Source: Camelus ferus (Eukaryota). From it: a stretch of DNA of 64,000 bases. Below the pieces are notes generated by a model that worked only from the letters and a program-made list of their open reading frames with translations, did no database searches and was not told the DNA's origin. Position numbers and translations under genes: made by a program. Positions within the stretch are counted from its first letter, which is position 1. Each line of letters opens with the position of its first letter. Below are positions 1-13,090 of the stretch, one piece after another. Where the stretch lies: assembly GCF_009834535.1 (NCBI RefSeq), contig NC_045697.1:83144001-83208000 (forward strand). The letters run 5' to 3'.

Positions 1-3000
1 GATTTGATGTATTTGAATATCACAAATTTTAACAGATATATATCCTTGCAGTTTTGTATTTTCCTGCATGCCTAGTATGTTTTATTAAATTTATCACTAT
101 TACCACTAAAATCCCAGCAGAAAAAACCAATTAGAAATTAAAAGTGTGGCATTAGTAACCTCCTGGCCATTAGTACTAGATGTGCTGCTTCAATTTAATC
201 TAAGCAATTTTTCTTACCATCCATTTATCCAAATGAAATAACAGAACGAAGCATTTCCAGTGGGCCTCTTACTTTAGTGAACATGTCAAGTGGAAATGCA
301 CATGTCTCTGTAGAAACCAGGAATACATGTCTCCTGGGCAGTCTGTGAGCACTCGTCAACTCCAACTGAGTCTATATCCATGGGCAGAACTCCAACCATG
401 AAAGGAGTAGGAAGAATGCTTGCAAAAATGTATGTAATTTAATTAAATAAGAAATACTCATAACTACTCCTGATTCTCACCAGAGCTCAACTTTTCCCCT
501 AAGAGTATTTTAGATAGTAGGCATTCACCTTAAAAATTTTACTGATAGTACAGCACAATAATAATTATGAATATTGTGAATATATATCATACTTTCATTT
601 TTATAAGTTTTATTTGTTAAAAGCATTAAACTTTGACTCCATAGGCTTATCTATATCTCCTGGTTATTTGTGTAGCCAGGATATTTACTGAAAGCAAAAA
701 CAGTAATTGCTGGATTCCTTTTAAGGCTCAAAAGAAAGTAGCTTAATTTCAAGGAAATGAAATCACAAAACCCAGAGGCTTCAAACACACACATTTTCTG
801 GAGTTGTTTATACTCTCAGTACATCCCAAATTGAGAAGCTCAAAATATCTATCTCGGTGATATGTAATCCCTTCAATTTTATATCCCTTCATAAAACAGA
901 GTTAAAATCTTTGTTACAATATAAGTACCTTGACAAGACAAATTTATTTCTGTTCAGCTTCTCATGTCTTTAAAATCACTAGAAAAAGAAGGGGGGGGGA
1001 TTTCTAACTTTAATCTTGTACTTAGAACTCATGCTGCCAACATCTAGGAGTAACTGTAATATTTTCTTAAGAAAAGTCACACAGATGTATCTGTGAGATT
1101 GCCAGGATCCTAAGTTTCAGTGAATGTTACATAGTCACATCTACATCAGATACTTGAAAAAAACTGACAATATTTCTCAGACCACTAGCTATAATACAAA
1201 GGAGCTTTTGTTATTTTATTGTGCCTCTTGACCTAACACCTTCACCCTTTTCCTCCTTTTGACAAAGCCTGATAATATAAAGGATTTCAAAGGGTCCAGG
1301 TGTTTGGTAGATTCCTGGATACCTTTAGATCTCAGTTTCAATATAAGGGTTTACTCTTTTACTCTAATTATCACCACTGCTGGCAGTAAACACAACTTAT
1401 GATTTTGAAAAAGGCTTTATTTAAAACCTACACCAAGAAGGCAAAAACCTGTTCAAGACATTCATGTGCATAGTACGTGATGACAGCAAAACTTCCCAAT
1501 GAGTTGTGAAACTTGATAGGACTATTTTAAAATTCTCATTGCACTATATTTCAGAGTCTGATTTTCTGAAGTTTATTGTGGGCAGACAGCTCAAAAATAT
1601 TTTGAATGTAATTTTTCTCATTTCAAAACACATGACACTCAACTCTATTTATATCCACATTAGAATACTAAATATGGACATGGATATTGACATGTGCATA
1701 TGAGTATTAACATATATCATATATATTCACAAATCTATAGCAATCATGTGGCAATATCAGCTTTGAATAATATTATTGCATTTTATTTATATGGTTATCT
1801 CCATAGAAACCCATTCAAACTATTGACATAAAAACCACTTACTGGTCTAACAATCAAAGCCCAAAAAAGCAACAAATGCTAAGTTGATTATAAATAAATA
1901 TGAGTTTCAGAAATCATAGGCATATTATGTCCATATTTAAATGTCAATCCCCATGATCTAATAATCATGTTTTAAATTAAACGGGGAAAATATGTAGTCT
2001 AATTATTGGTCTCTGTCCAGTTAATTGTAATTTGTTGGTTACTTGCCTTCCATTTGGTTAGTTCTGAGTTTATTTTTCTCTAATTTCAAACTTCTTATCT
2101 TTCTTCAGTGATCTCTTATCTTCATGATCAGCAGTTTCATTTTCAGCAAATTATTTCTTTCTACTTTCTTCTAATGCTTCATTAGCATGTCTTCCATCAA
2201 GTGTAATAATTTTTACATATAGTTCAGATATTTTTGCATTTATAATTGGTAACCCTTTAATAACATCGAGATATGTTAAAAATCTTACATGTACTGCTTT
2301 TTTCATCTATTAGCACCCAACATTATAAATTAACATATGTAGTTTTCACGTGATCAGTGTTTGCCTCCATGATATTATGCTAAATGGATTCTTTTCAACC
2401 TATGCCCAGCTGAAATTTTGACAGATACTTACTATTGGAGACAGATCCTCACTATAGAAATAAGAGGTAATAGTCAAATTAAACGTAGCATTTGCTGTGC
2501 TGCTGACACAGTTATTCTAAACAGACAGCAACAATAAGTGATCAGCAACAATCTACATGAATAGCCACAGTCATTTCCTTCCATATTCAAGTGATTCATT
2601 GTATCTGGAGTGGAAGAATTATAAGAAAAACCAAACAAACTTTGGTCAAGGAGAAAAGGACAACAGAAAGGTATTTGCAAAACCATTGACTTTTGGGGCT
2701 TTTCAATACTGAGGATATACAACCCACAATATAAACAATTTTATTCATCTTTTTCTTAGCCATGTAGAATTATAAATGTAACAAAAATCATCCTGATATT
2801 TTGATGTGTTATGTAAAATTTCTGAACACTGCTTATCCCCGTATTTGTATGTATCCACTAATTTCAAAAGCATGTGGAGACTCCAGGTAAATAGCCCAGC
2901 TCCTGTCTATACTTGAGGTTCAGGTATATATGGCATGGCTGCTAAATTATGTGAGTGTCGGGGAAGATAGGAGACAGAGGTCCAAAATAAAAGAAACAAA

Positions 3001-3829
3001 TAGCAAATAAGGGCTTTGGGCGTCAAAGGGGAGGTTTCTCGGATAATCACTGTCAGCAACAGCACTTGAGGGTTGCCAGGAATGGTGGCTCCAAATAAAA
3101 TGTTATGCCATTACTTGAATCTGCTCCAACTCATTTACCTGGTTGGCAAGTGTAAACTCTGTCTGGAGATGACAGATATGGATTTTTAAAAAAATGCTAC
3201 TAAATTTTTAGTGCTTCTATTATGCTAGTTCACATAAAAGAGTATAAAACTTGAAATGGACAGTAATTTTCCCAGCTTCAGATGAAAGATGAACTTTAGT
3301 GGCATAAATGACAAATTCTATGCTAATTACTAGATAAATAAATAGCCAAATGGAGTTTGGTAATTACATGACAGTAACAGCTAAAGAATCTAATTTAGCA
3401 CAAGGTCTCGAAGCCATCTAGAAATGTATAATCAAGTAGTCACCAGAAATTAAAAACACTATAATCTCGTGTTTGAGTTTGCATAGTGAATGGCTCTGGT
3501 CCATGTAACATTTCATGGCGCCTTCAGCAAAGGTTTGACCAGTTCAGAAGAGGTAGATGTGGTTACGCACCTCCCCCAAGTAAGTTTCAAGCAGACAGGT
3601 GAGCAAAACTGGCAGTGCTGAGCACAAAGGGACAAAGAGAGAGCTCATCAGCCATCCAGAGTATAGCAGCAGTCCAGGAGAAAAAGGAGTGGAGGAAAAG
3701 GTTTACGCTAGGACCCAGGAGAACCAGCACATTGTGGCCGTGAGCATGCGAGAACCAGCATGAAGCAAAGAGGAAGTGGCAGCCAGAAAAATGCCACCAA
3801 ACTTGTGATTATATGTGAGCAGGTCCTCA

Positions 3830-4140
3830 AGAGTAGGACCACTACAGTGCAGAGGCCAAGTGCAGATCATGACCAGGTTTTGAACGGCCTATAGCTAAGA
3901 GTGGTTTATATTATTAAGGGATTGTAAAAATGGAGGAAGGAGAGGGAGCAGGGGGAGGAAGGAGGTAGAAAAGGGAGCCAGAAGGGAAGGGGGTGGGAAG
4001 AGGGTGGGGAAAGGGGAGACAGGGGAAGAGGAAGAGAGGAGAAGAGGAAGCTGCAGCAGCAACTAAGAACATATTTGGCCAGCAAAGCCGAGAATATTTA
4101 CCATCTGGCCCTTTGTAGACAAAGTTTTTCAATCCTTGTT
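3830..4140 (+). mobile_element. MER58C-like hAT-Charlie MITE with internal polypurine expansion
   Basis: 5' part 'ttttgaacggcctatagctaagagtggtt...aagggattgtaaaaa' and 3' part 'ggccagcaaagccgagaatatttaccatctggccctttgtagacaaagttt' resemble the recalled MER58C consensus. Confidence 0.75.
3932..4050. repeat. GA-rich polypurine low-complexity tract with G-runs
   Basis: Almost pure A/G over ~120 bp; six or more GGG+ runs at 3984-4025. Confidence 0.9.
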
Positions 4141-4379
4141 CTAGAGAGAGGACGAAAACTCCAAAGAATTACTAGGTTTCTGAAGTCATACTCCAGAAGA
4201 GCTGAACTGATCACAAAATTCCTGAAGGAATCATTTATCCTCTGAGTAGTGAGTCCTGGATATTTATTTATTTATTTTTTTACAAAAGGATAATTGAACC
4301 AACAAATAAAAACAAAACATCCACTAAAAAGATATCATAGGGAAACAATTTTGAAAATTAAGGAGTTTTTAACCTAAAT

Positions 4380-6030
4380 GTAGGTAAAACTATATTTCTG
4401 ATGAAGAATAAAATGTACATATTTAAAGGGTACATTTGATAAGTTGTTGACCTCCTCACCACAATCAAGATTATATATACACATATATAAATATATATAA
4501 GTATATATATAACTACCTAGTATAAAATGAACCAATGATAACGCATAAACACTTCCTCAAAGTTGATCTATAGGTAGATAAAGAGTCATCATTTTCAAAA
4601 ATTTCCTCATGTCCCTTTGTAATCTCTTCTTTTTCACTGCCTCTTATGCAACTTCACCCCATTCGGAGGCAAACCAATGATTGGTTTTCTATCAATATAT
4701 TCATTTTCATTTTCTGGAACTTTATATAAATGGAATCACACAGTATGTATTCTTTGTGTGTGTAGCTTCTTTCACTTGGCATCATTATTTTACTATCCAT
4801 TCAAGTGGCATATATCAATAGTTCATTTCTTCATATTGCATTGTGTGAATGTACCAAAATTTGTTGATCCATTCACTTGTTTCGGGCTATTACAAATAAA
4901 GCTGCTATAGACATTCATGTAGAAGTCTTTATGTATGTATGCATTGATTTCTCTTAGGTAAGTACCTCAGGGTAGAATGGCTGGGTCATATAGTATATGT
5001 TTATTTAATTTTTTTTTAAACTGCCAAAATATTTGCCCAAATGGCTGTAGAATTTTGCATTTTTACCAGCAGTGTATGAGAGTTAGGGGTTTTATTTTTA
5101 AAAATGAATTCTGAACATTTCCTACATTATATCTATGAGTAGCATCTGTATGGGGGAAATACTATGTAATTGTGTGCTTCTGAGCCTCTTTTTCCAATCC
5201 TCATTCAGTGATATTGTGTTGGTAACTTGGATTCAAGCATCATGAGAGTATTTAACAGCATACACTGCAAATCAAGGCTTGATTTGTTTTGTTGATCATC
5301 AATTTTAAAAAGTGACAGAAAAATGTTATAAATTCAGGTTAAACTTAAAATTCATCATGTCTGTAGTCTTTGCATTGTGAAAAGAACAAAAAAGTTGCAC
5401 AGTCATTCTTGTAGTATTCAAAAACTATTATCTAATTCTGCAAAGAACACCGTCCTGACATTGACCATTGAGTGAAATTCTGACATGTCTTCATCATCTT
5501 GCTTCACTTTGATCTTATTCCTTAGCATAAACAAAAATATCAATCAACACTCTTGTCAGAATTATCTTCATTTGTCATTTTTAAGAATAAGTTGGCAAAA
5601 GTCCACAAAGGAATTCTATGAAAATCAATAGCTATATGGAATTTACAACCAAGAGTATTGTAGTTTATCATTATTTGTAAATTATGGGCTACACATCTTA
5701 TCAGTAATATTTATAATAACCAACATTTGGTATGGTCGTTAATTTAGGCACTCAAATAAGTGTGTAGTAATATCTCATTTTTTAATTTGCATTTCTTTAA
5801 TGATTAGTGATACTGAGCATCTTCTTATATTCTTATTGATACCTGTTTATCTTCTTTGATGAAGTGTGTATACACACTATTCATCTATTTTTGTATTGGA
5901 TTGTTTATTTTCTTATTATTTAACTTTGAAAGCTTCTTGATATATTCTGGATACAAATTTACTTTCTTTTTTAGATATGCAGTTTACAAATATTTTCTCC
6001 CAGTTTTTAGCTTGTATTTTCATTATTTTA
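4380..6030 (-). mobile_element. Old L1M 3' end (ORF2 tail/3'UTR), interrupted by MER63
   Basis: Antisense L1 motifs 'ataaatggaatcacacagtatg', 'aaataaagctgctatagacattcatgt', 'ccagcagtgtatgagagtt', then resuming with 'tttaatttgcatttctttaatgattagtgatactgagcat'. Confidence 0.8.
5100..5720. mobile_element. MER63C/D-like hAT-Blackjack DNA transposon fragment nested in L1
   Basis: 'ttcagtgatattgtgttggtaacttgg', 'caaatcaaggcttgatttgttttgttgat', 'gctatatggaatttacaaccaagagtattg' resemble the recalled MER63 consensus. Confidence 0.75.
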
Positions 6031-6853
6031 AAGTACAATCCTATTTTAAAACAAGCTTTTTTGGGAATAACTGTCAGCACAGGAATATTTGAAAATTGGA
6101 AATAAATTTTTTTTTAGGTATCTATCTATATCCATCCAATGTCCAAATTATCCTGTAATCTGCTGGAATTAATTATTGGATCCCTTGATGGGGCTATGAC
6201 TTTATCATATTACTTACTAGTCTTCCTAGAGTACCATTTTTTATGAATGCCTGAACTCTTTAATAGTCTCCTCCTCTGAGACATTCTTTAGAATGTGACA
6301 TTATTAAAGAGTTACAGCTGATCCCAAGTTGTAGTCTTTGGGGACAGATAGAGTTACCGGATCAAGAAAAAGTGCAAAACAGTAATAGGTTGTGGCAGGA
6401 AAATCTATATCAATGTGCCAACAAGTTCTCCACTGGGGAACTGGTATCAAGATGACCTCCAAATTCATTCAGCATCATTTATACATGCTGATGGCTAGCA
6501 GCATGGATTTTATTGAGTTTCCACAGATTAATTCTACTTCCTGCTGAAACTATTTATTCAAATCTGTTTTTAAGGTAGTTGAGAAGGAAAACAGTTGCCT
6601 TCCCAAAGCCTCTATGGGCATAGAGAATGACATCACTCATGCTTAGTTTCCTAAATATGACATCACTGCCTTTCCAAAGTCATGCTATTTTCTAACTAAT
6701 TCCTCTAGAGGAAGATGGTTGGCAGAGAGTTGGGGATTGTTTCATATAAAACAACGGCTTAAATATTGGTTCAAAAACAACTGAAAATAATTATTCTAAG
6801 TTCAAGAATACTAAAAGAGAAGGAAAATACCCTTGCTGTGCCAGGATTTCATA

Positions 6854-6854
<1 letters not shown>

Positions 6855-6903
<49 letters not shown>
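6855..6903. repeat. (CA)n microsatellite, ~24 units
   Basis: Direct reading. Confidence 0.98.
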
Positions 6904-6906
<3 letters not shown>

Positions 6907-7829
6907 TCATAAAAAGGTCTTTATAATATTGCATAACTCTTAAGAAAAGTATCTTGCAACAATTACAGTTTCATAAATTATGGATTTTTTTCCCAGAACC
7001 TCCTTTGTATAATTATTTGAATTGCCTTAAACTACTAAAACTATTAAGGTTTCACCATCATTCAATTTCTGGTTAATTTCTACCCTGTGGCATAGAATGA
7101 TTAAAGTAAAAAGAAAAACAGACAGTCTGTAATATAGGGCTTTGCTGAATGTTAATCCACACAGTGAAGAATCATGAGATCTAATTATCTAACAATGCAA
7201 TTGAGATTTACCACAACCTCCATTACCTCTACAACTTCTGAAGTATCTGTATTTTACCAACTATGGAAAATATTTTAAATATTACAAGTTTGTCTGCTTT
7301 TAATTATGAGAAAAAAATGTAGATGAACTACTCATAATGATTATATTCATGCTTTATTTTCTTCATGTATTACTATCCAGTTGCTAAAAATAATTATTTT
7401 TACCATTAACTTTCCCAGATATATCACAGATTCATAGATACTTAAGCTAGACTAGGCCCTGCTATTATGCTGACAAATGTGATCATTCCAATTACTGTAA
7501 CATATTATAATTATCTAACCCTTTCTTTCTGTTTCCCAATACATATAAATACCAAATATAAAATTGCTCTAAATTTATTCAAAAGTAAGAGCTATACATC
7601 TTCAATGCTTTTTCTGGAAATGCATGACTTATTGCTCATTTTACTCTATAGATTTACACCTAGCATGGCAAATTACACAATAAACTGTTTGAAAGTATCA
7701 ATCTTATTCTTCATTAAATAATCAATTTTTTTTCTTTTTTTTTACTTCTATGGCACGCAGCATCATGCCTTTCAAAATTGGCTTCAAATTATCTTTTCTT
7801 ACAGACTTTGTCTCATACACAAAAGAAAT

Positions 7830-8420
7830 AGTTCCATGTAGCAAATACTCATTTAATATCTACTTTGTACCCAATATTATGCTTAGCCCTGAAAATACCA
7901 GAATGAAAGAGGCAGTCCTTCGAGTCACTGAATTTACAAACTAGGAGAGGGATGACAATCACCAGGCAATTATAGTAGTCTATCATAAACACCAAAAGGA
8001 CAAGTTCCAAATCCCTGGAAGAAACTGACTGATGCTGTTTAAGGAAATCGTTCTCACAGAATTGAAGTCTAAGTTAGAACTAAAGGACACTGACAGAGTG
8101 TCTCAGAAGAGAAAACAGCATACAAGAGGCACAGAATTGGAAGAGGTACACTTGATATACTAAAATTATAGCTGAAGTATAGGGGCCAAGGGTAGGCGAA
8201 AAGACAAAACTTCTGTGTCATATTAGGACATCTGTACTTTACCTGAAATCAGTAAAACTTAAAGTTTTAAGCAAGAGAGGGACACAATCAATTTTTTATT
8301 TGAGAAACATCATCGGCTGTAGTACAGAAAGTAAATTGGAAAAGATGAAAGAAATCTAAGTCAATTAGGGGATTGTAGAAAAAAATGGGTGTTATGAACT
8401 AAAGCAACAGCAACAAGAAT
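7830..8420 (-). mobile_element. L2 LINE 3' fragment
   Basis: 'caaatactcatttaatatctactttgtacccaatattatgcttagccctgaaaatacc' is a degenerate antisense L2 3' end. Confidence 0.6.
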
Positions 8421-8429
8421 AGGGAAAAG

Positions 8430-10024
8430 AAGCTCAATACTCGTGGTGTTGAAAAGATCATCTTTTTAACAAATGGTGCTGGGACAACTGGAAACCCACA
8501 TACAAAGGATGGCGCACCTATCTCATACCACGTACAAAATTTAACTCACAGTAGATCAAAGGTCTAAATATAAGAGCTAAAACTACAGAATTCCTTGAAG
8601 AAAATACAGGTATAAACATTAGTGACCTTAGATTAGGCAACAGTTTCTTAGATATTACATCAAAAACACAAGCAACAAAAGAAAAAAGAAAGAGATATAA
8701 ACTGGACATCATTAAAATTTAAAACTTTTGTGTTTCAAAGGACACCATTAAGGGAAAAATAAAAGACCACCCACAGAAAGGGAGAAAAATTTTGCAGATC
8801 ATATATCTGACAAGTTACTATAGGGGTTTAGAGGGTTTGAGGGGCTGATCAAGAAAAAAGATATGACCATACAAACTTTATTGGGCTCTGCTGGCTAAAG
8901 TGTGGGTGTTGCTTGGTGTCTTTATAACCCTGCGTTTATATCATCTATTGTTAGCAAATGTGGGGTGAGATCTCGTAGAGTGTGCAAAGCAAGCAGACTC
9001 TAAGTGGTTAAAAATGGGCTGTTGGGCTATTTATAAAGGACTTGATATGTAAAAATTGGAGTTACCACCAGTGAGCTTTTGAGCTAACAAGTCTCAACCT
9101 GCAGTGAAGAAATAAACAATGTAGAGGCAAAGACACAGGCCTTCTTTGGTTGATACACGTAACTGGTACTTGCATCTGGAATATATCAAGAGCTATCATA
9201 ACTCAAAAATAAAAGACAAACCAATTTAAAAATGGGCAAAGTATCTGAATAGAATTCTCCCAAATATACAAATGGCAAATAAGCATGTGAAAAAATATTC
9301 TCATAATCATTAACCTTCAAGCTAATGCAAATCAAAACCAAAATGAGATACCACTTCATACTCGTGAGGATGACTATAACCTAAAAGACAAGTAACAAAA
9401 ACCCTCAGAAGGCGGGAAGAAATTGGAACACTCATGCACTGTGGGTGGGAATGCAAAATGCTGCAGCTGCTCTGAAAAACCATCTGGCAGTTCTTCGAAT
9501 GGTTAGACATGTGAGTCTACAAGTCCACCCCTAGGTATCCACCTGAGAGAACTGAACACACATGTCCCCCAACAACTTTTACATGAATGACTACTACAGT
9601 GTTATAATTGCCAAAAAGTGGAAATAACCCAAATGTTCATGAATAAATAAGTGACTAAACTGTGGTTATATTTATACACTGATAATTATTCTACCACAAA
9701 GAGGATTGAAATACTGATACATGATACAACAGGGATGAATATCATGCGAACTGATTCTACTTATATGAAAAATCCAGAATAGATAAATCTATAGAGAATA
9801 AGAGTGGATTCATGGTTGACTAGGGCTGTGAAAAATGACAAGATTAATGAGTGACAGCACAGTGGCATGGAGTTTCTTTATGGTATAAAAATGTTCTAAG
9901 TTGATTGTGGGGTTGGGTACACAACTCTGCCGCTATGTTCAGTCACTGAATTGTACACTCTAAGTGGGTTATTTGCATGGAATGTGAATTTTATCCCAAT
10001 AAATCTTTTTAAAATAAATTAAAA
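8430..10024 (+). mobile_element. L1MB-type ORF2 3' end plus 3'UTR, 5'-truncated
   Basis: 'ttaacaaatggtgctgggacaactgg', 'aaaatgagataccacttcatac', 3'UTR 'cactgaattgtacactctaagtggg...cccaataaa' and A-rich tail. Confidence 0.9.
8813..9164 (-). mobile_element. ~350-bp LTR-like insertion inside the L1, family not assigned
   Basis: L1 sequence 'tctgaca|...|ggtacttgcatctggaatatat' is split; the insert has inverted ends AGTTAC...GTAACT and an antisense AATAAA (tttatt) at ~8877. Confidence 0.55.
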
Positions 10025-10049
10025 GGTTATTGTCTGAAAGATCCTGTGC

Positions 10050-10450
10050 TTCTTAATATGATAGGTAAATAAAACAGGGTTAAAGATAAATTACACTCAA
10101 GTCTCATAGTAGCTCGTAATGTCATTCACTGAAATAAAGAATACAGCAGGAGGAAATGGATTTGGAAAATAAAATAAAGTGGGTAGGTAAAACCTAAAAC
10201 AACCTTGAGGTATCAAAACAGAGATGACCAATAAGCAGTTGCATATATAGGTCCCTAGAAGGGGAGAGAAATCTTGAGTGGGGATAGATACTACAGAATT
10301 GTCATCATACAGACGTTAATTTTAGTTACTGTGTCATATGTAAACCTTTAATGGTATGTACATGAAAAAGGTTAAGTGGCCAGCAAAAGAAACCCAAAGA
10401 ACCACAGTAGTATGCCCAGGGATGGAGGATGGTATCTCTGCTAAGGCAAA
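10050..10450 (-). mobile_element. L2 fragment, probable continuation of the 7830-8420 element
   Basis: 'gtcattcactgaaataaagaatacagcaggagg', 'ataagcagttgcatatataggtc' antisense L2 motifs. Confidence 0.55.
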
Positions 10451-11329
10451 GGTTTAAGTATAGCAATAAGAACAGTAAGTTCTATACATGGACCCTCTTT
10501 TGCTTATGACGCTAGGAAATACATATTCCTAGGTAAGAAAAGGAGCCATTCACTTGGTTAAACAGTCTAGACCTGAAAGAATACTTTTCATCTCATTTCT
10601 CTGAAAATTCTACAAATCATTTGCACAAAAGATCTAAAGTAAATTAATTGTAGCTAATACGTTTTTAAGATGATAAAGGGTTTTCCTCAAGTGCAGTTCT
10701 TTTAAAGTATTTAACTGAATTTTAATTAGTACCAACTCCATCAGAGATGAGGAAGCCAGCCGAACACAAACTTAATGCTCAGCCCTTCAAGACTGTCATG
10801 CACTTTCTGTACAGCTTCTAAATTACCTCACATTTGATTAAATTTGACTGAATTTCAAAAAGAACATGCACTTCTATCCAAAGGAGAAAAATCATTGCCA
10901 AAATTTCCAAAATAGTTTTTAATGTGTTAACTGAATGTTAAATGTATTTTAACATCTGAGAACTTTTAATTGATGGGATGAAATGTCCAATAGTTTAAGG
11001 TTAGATGGATAATACAAAAATAATCATTAAAAAGCAAAACATATTACTCTGTGTTCAAATAGACCACCAGCTTTATGAAGCAATTTTCATTCATTTAACC
11101 AAAAAGGATATAGTCATATGTGTATGGGGAGCATATGTATTGTATCAGTATTTGCAGCCCTTTATTACAGTATGAATATTGTGTTTAATGTGCCTCTTCG
11201 TTGAAAATGGACAGTTGTATTGTTTTCTTCTATATGTGAGGATCTTAATTCACTGCTCTTGAAAGGACTGAAGACACGAAAATACTACCGTGCATCAGCC
11301 TGGTCAGTTTCCCTACCGATCTGTGAACA

Positions 11330-11750
11330 GGCAAGACTTCCTCCCACATCAAGACTCTTACACTTGTGAATCCCTCTTCCTGAGACTCTCTTTGCAAGTA
11401 TATGAAAAGCCCACTTCCTTCCATCCTCCATATATTTACTCAAATATCACCTTCTCTCATTGAGGCTTCCTCTAAACACACTATTTAAATTTTAACATTG
11501 CCTCTGACACTCTACTCTCTTTCCTGCTATTTTTTTCTTCTTAATCCATCACTTTGAAGTGCTGTGGATTTTGCTTTTTTGCATGTTCATTGTTTGTTTT
11601 TCCCCAGTGGAATGCAGGCGACAAGAGGGCGGGGATCTTTCTGGCTATTTTGGTCAGAACTGTATCCCCAGTGCCAAGAGGAGTGCTTGTCACATGGATG
11701 GGAAACAGTGAACACATAATGAATGAATGAATTAAATCAATAAATGTTAA
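11330..11750 (+). mobile_element. L2 LINE 3' end
   Basis: 'ctcaaatatcaccttctc', 'ctgtatccccagtgccaagaggagtgcttg', terminal (TGAA)n tail. Confidence 0.8.
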
Positions 11751-11759
11751 AGGTGACAT

Positions 11760-13090
11760 TTAAGGAAATAACCGTGGAGAATACTGCAGAACTAACTCAT
11801 AATACGAATCCTCACATGCAGCAAGCCCCCTAAACCCCAAACAGAATCAACAAAAGGAAAGCCATACTAAACTCATCATAGTGAAACTTCAGAAAGACAA
11901 AGAGAAAGTCTTAAAAGCTGTCGGACAAGATCAGATTACCTTCAAATGAGTGACATTAGGCTGAGAGCTGACTCTGGGCAGCAAATGATAGACTCCTGGT
12001 GACTGAGGAACAAGAGAATGTATTAAACTAGAATTTTATACCGTGAAACTATTTTTCAGGAATGAATGACTACAAAATAAATACTCCTACCCTTACACAG
12101 GAGTAGTCAGGAGCCCTGCCCTGGCCCCCTGTAATTCACAAGACCCCTCTTTGGCCCTCCCTTGCCCCTCAAATGGAGACTTTCTAGGCACAGAACTTGG
12201 ACATGCAGGCTGGGGCCTCCAAACCCTAAGAATCCTCGTGGTGACATTCAAAGCTGGGGATGGGAAGAGAGTATGATACAGGGTATGCTATAAACCCCAG
12301 CCTTCCATTTCATCTCTTGCTATGATCCCCGTAAATGTTATAAAGAGGGTAAACCAAGATCTTTTAGATAATTCTTACAGGCTGCCTGCAGAAAGGCCTT
12401 TTTCAAACAAAAACTGAAAGTTTGCCACCGGCAGATCCTTGCTAAAGAAATTGAGTTTATACTTCACTCAAACAAGGTAGTTTCAGATTGAAAGTCTGTT
12501 AGGAAGAAATGAAAAAGCACAGAGAGGGATGAAAGTGTGAGTAAAGCTAAATAAACACTGACTTTATGAAATAATAAAAATAGTATGTTGCAGGGTAAAA
12601 ATGAAACATAATTAAAAACTTCCATAGAGCGATGAATGGGTCTGAATCCTTGTATTTTCTGGGAGGAAGAAAAAGTCATTCATTTACTTTAGAATTTGCC
12701 AAGTTTAATATGTCTACTCTAATTTTTAGAGCCATTGAAAGCAGATCTACACACACCCAAGTAGAAGGAAAAGTAATGAAAATGGTGAAAATGCTCAATC
12801 CCCAAAAGGCAAAGAGATGGAGAGGGGGAGACTGAAGGAAGTAAGATGAATACAAAACTCAAAATTAGATGATAAATAAAAATGCAAACCTATTAGAAAT
12901 TATATTACATGTAAATGGACCAAGTATTATCAGACTGAATTTTTTGAAATCCAGTTTTATACTCAGAAGAGATGCAAAAGGATAAAGGAAGATTGAAAAC
13001 ACAAGGATAAAAAATGATAAACTAAGCACATTCTAACCAAAAGAAACCAGTTATGTTAACAGAAGAAAAAGAAGATAGATTTCAAGACAA
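11760..13090 (+). mobile_element. Old L1 ORF1 C-terminal part to ORF2 start, degraded
   Basis: 'catcatagtgaaacttcagaaagacaaagagaaagtcttaaaagc', 'ctagaattttatacc...aaactattt', 'attacatgtaaatggac'. Confidence 0.65.
12098..12388. mobile_element. GC-richer insert in L1, possibly hAT-Tip100 (Zaphod/MER115-like)
   Basis: CAGG...CCTG ends, a composition shift, and L1 ORF1 resumes afterwards. Confidence 0.3.

Noticed and set aside
2000..2330. Possible antisense L1 ORF1 remnant
   Set aside because: Too degraded to call by eye
3914..4132. Proline-rich 72-aa ORF
   Set aside because: Antisense reading of MER58C plus the purine tract
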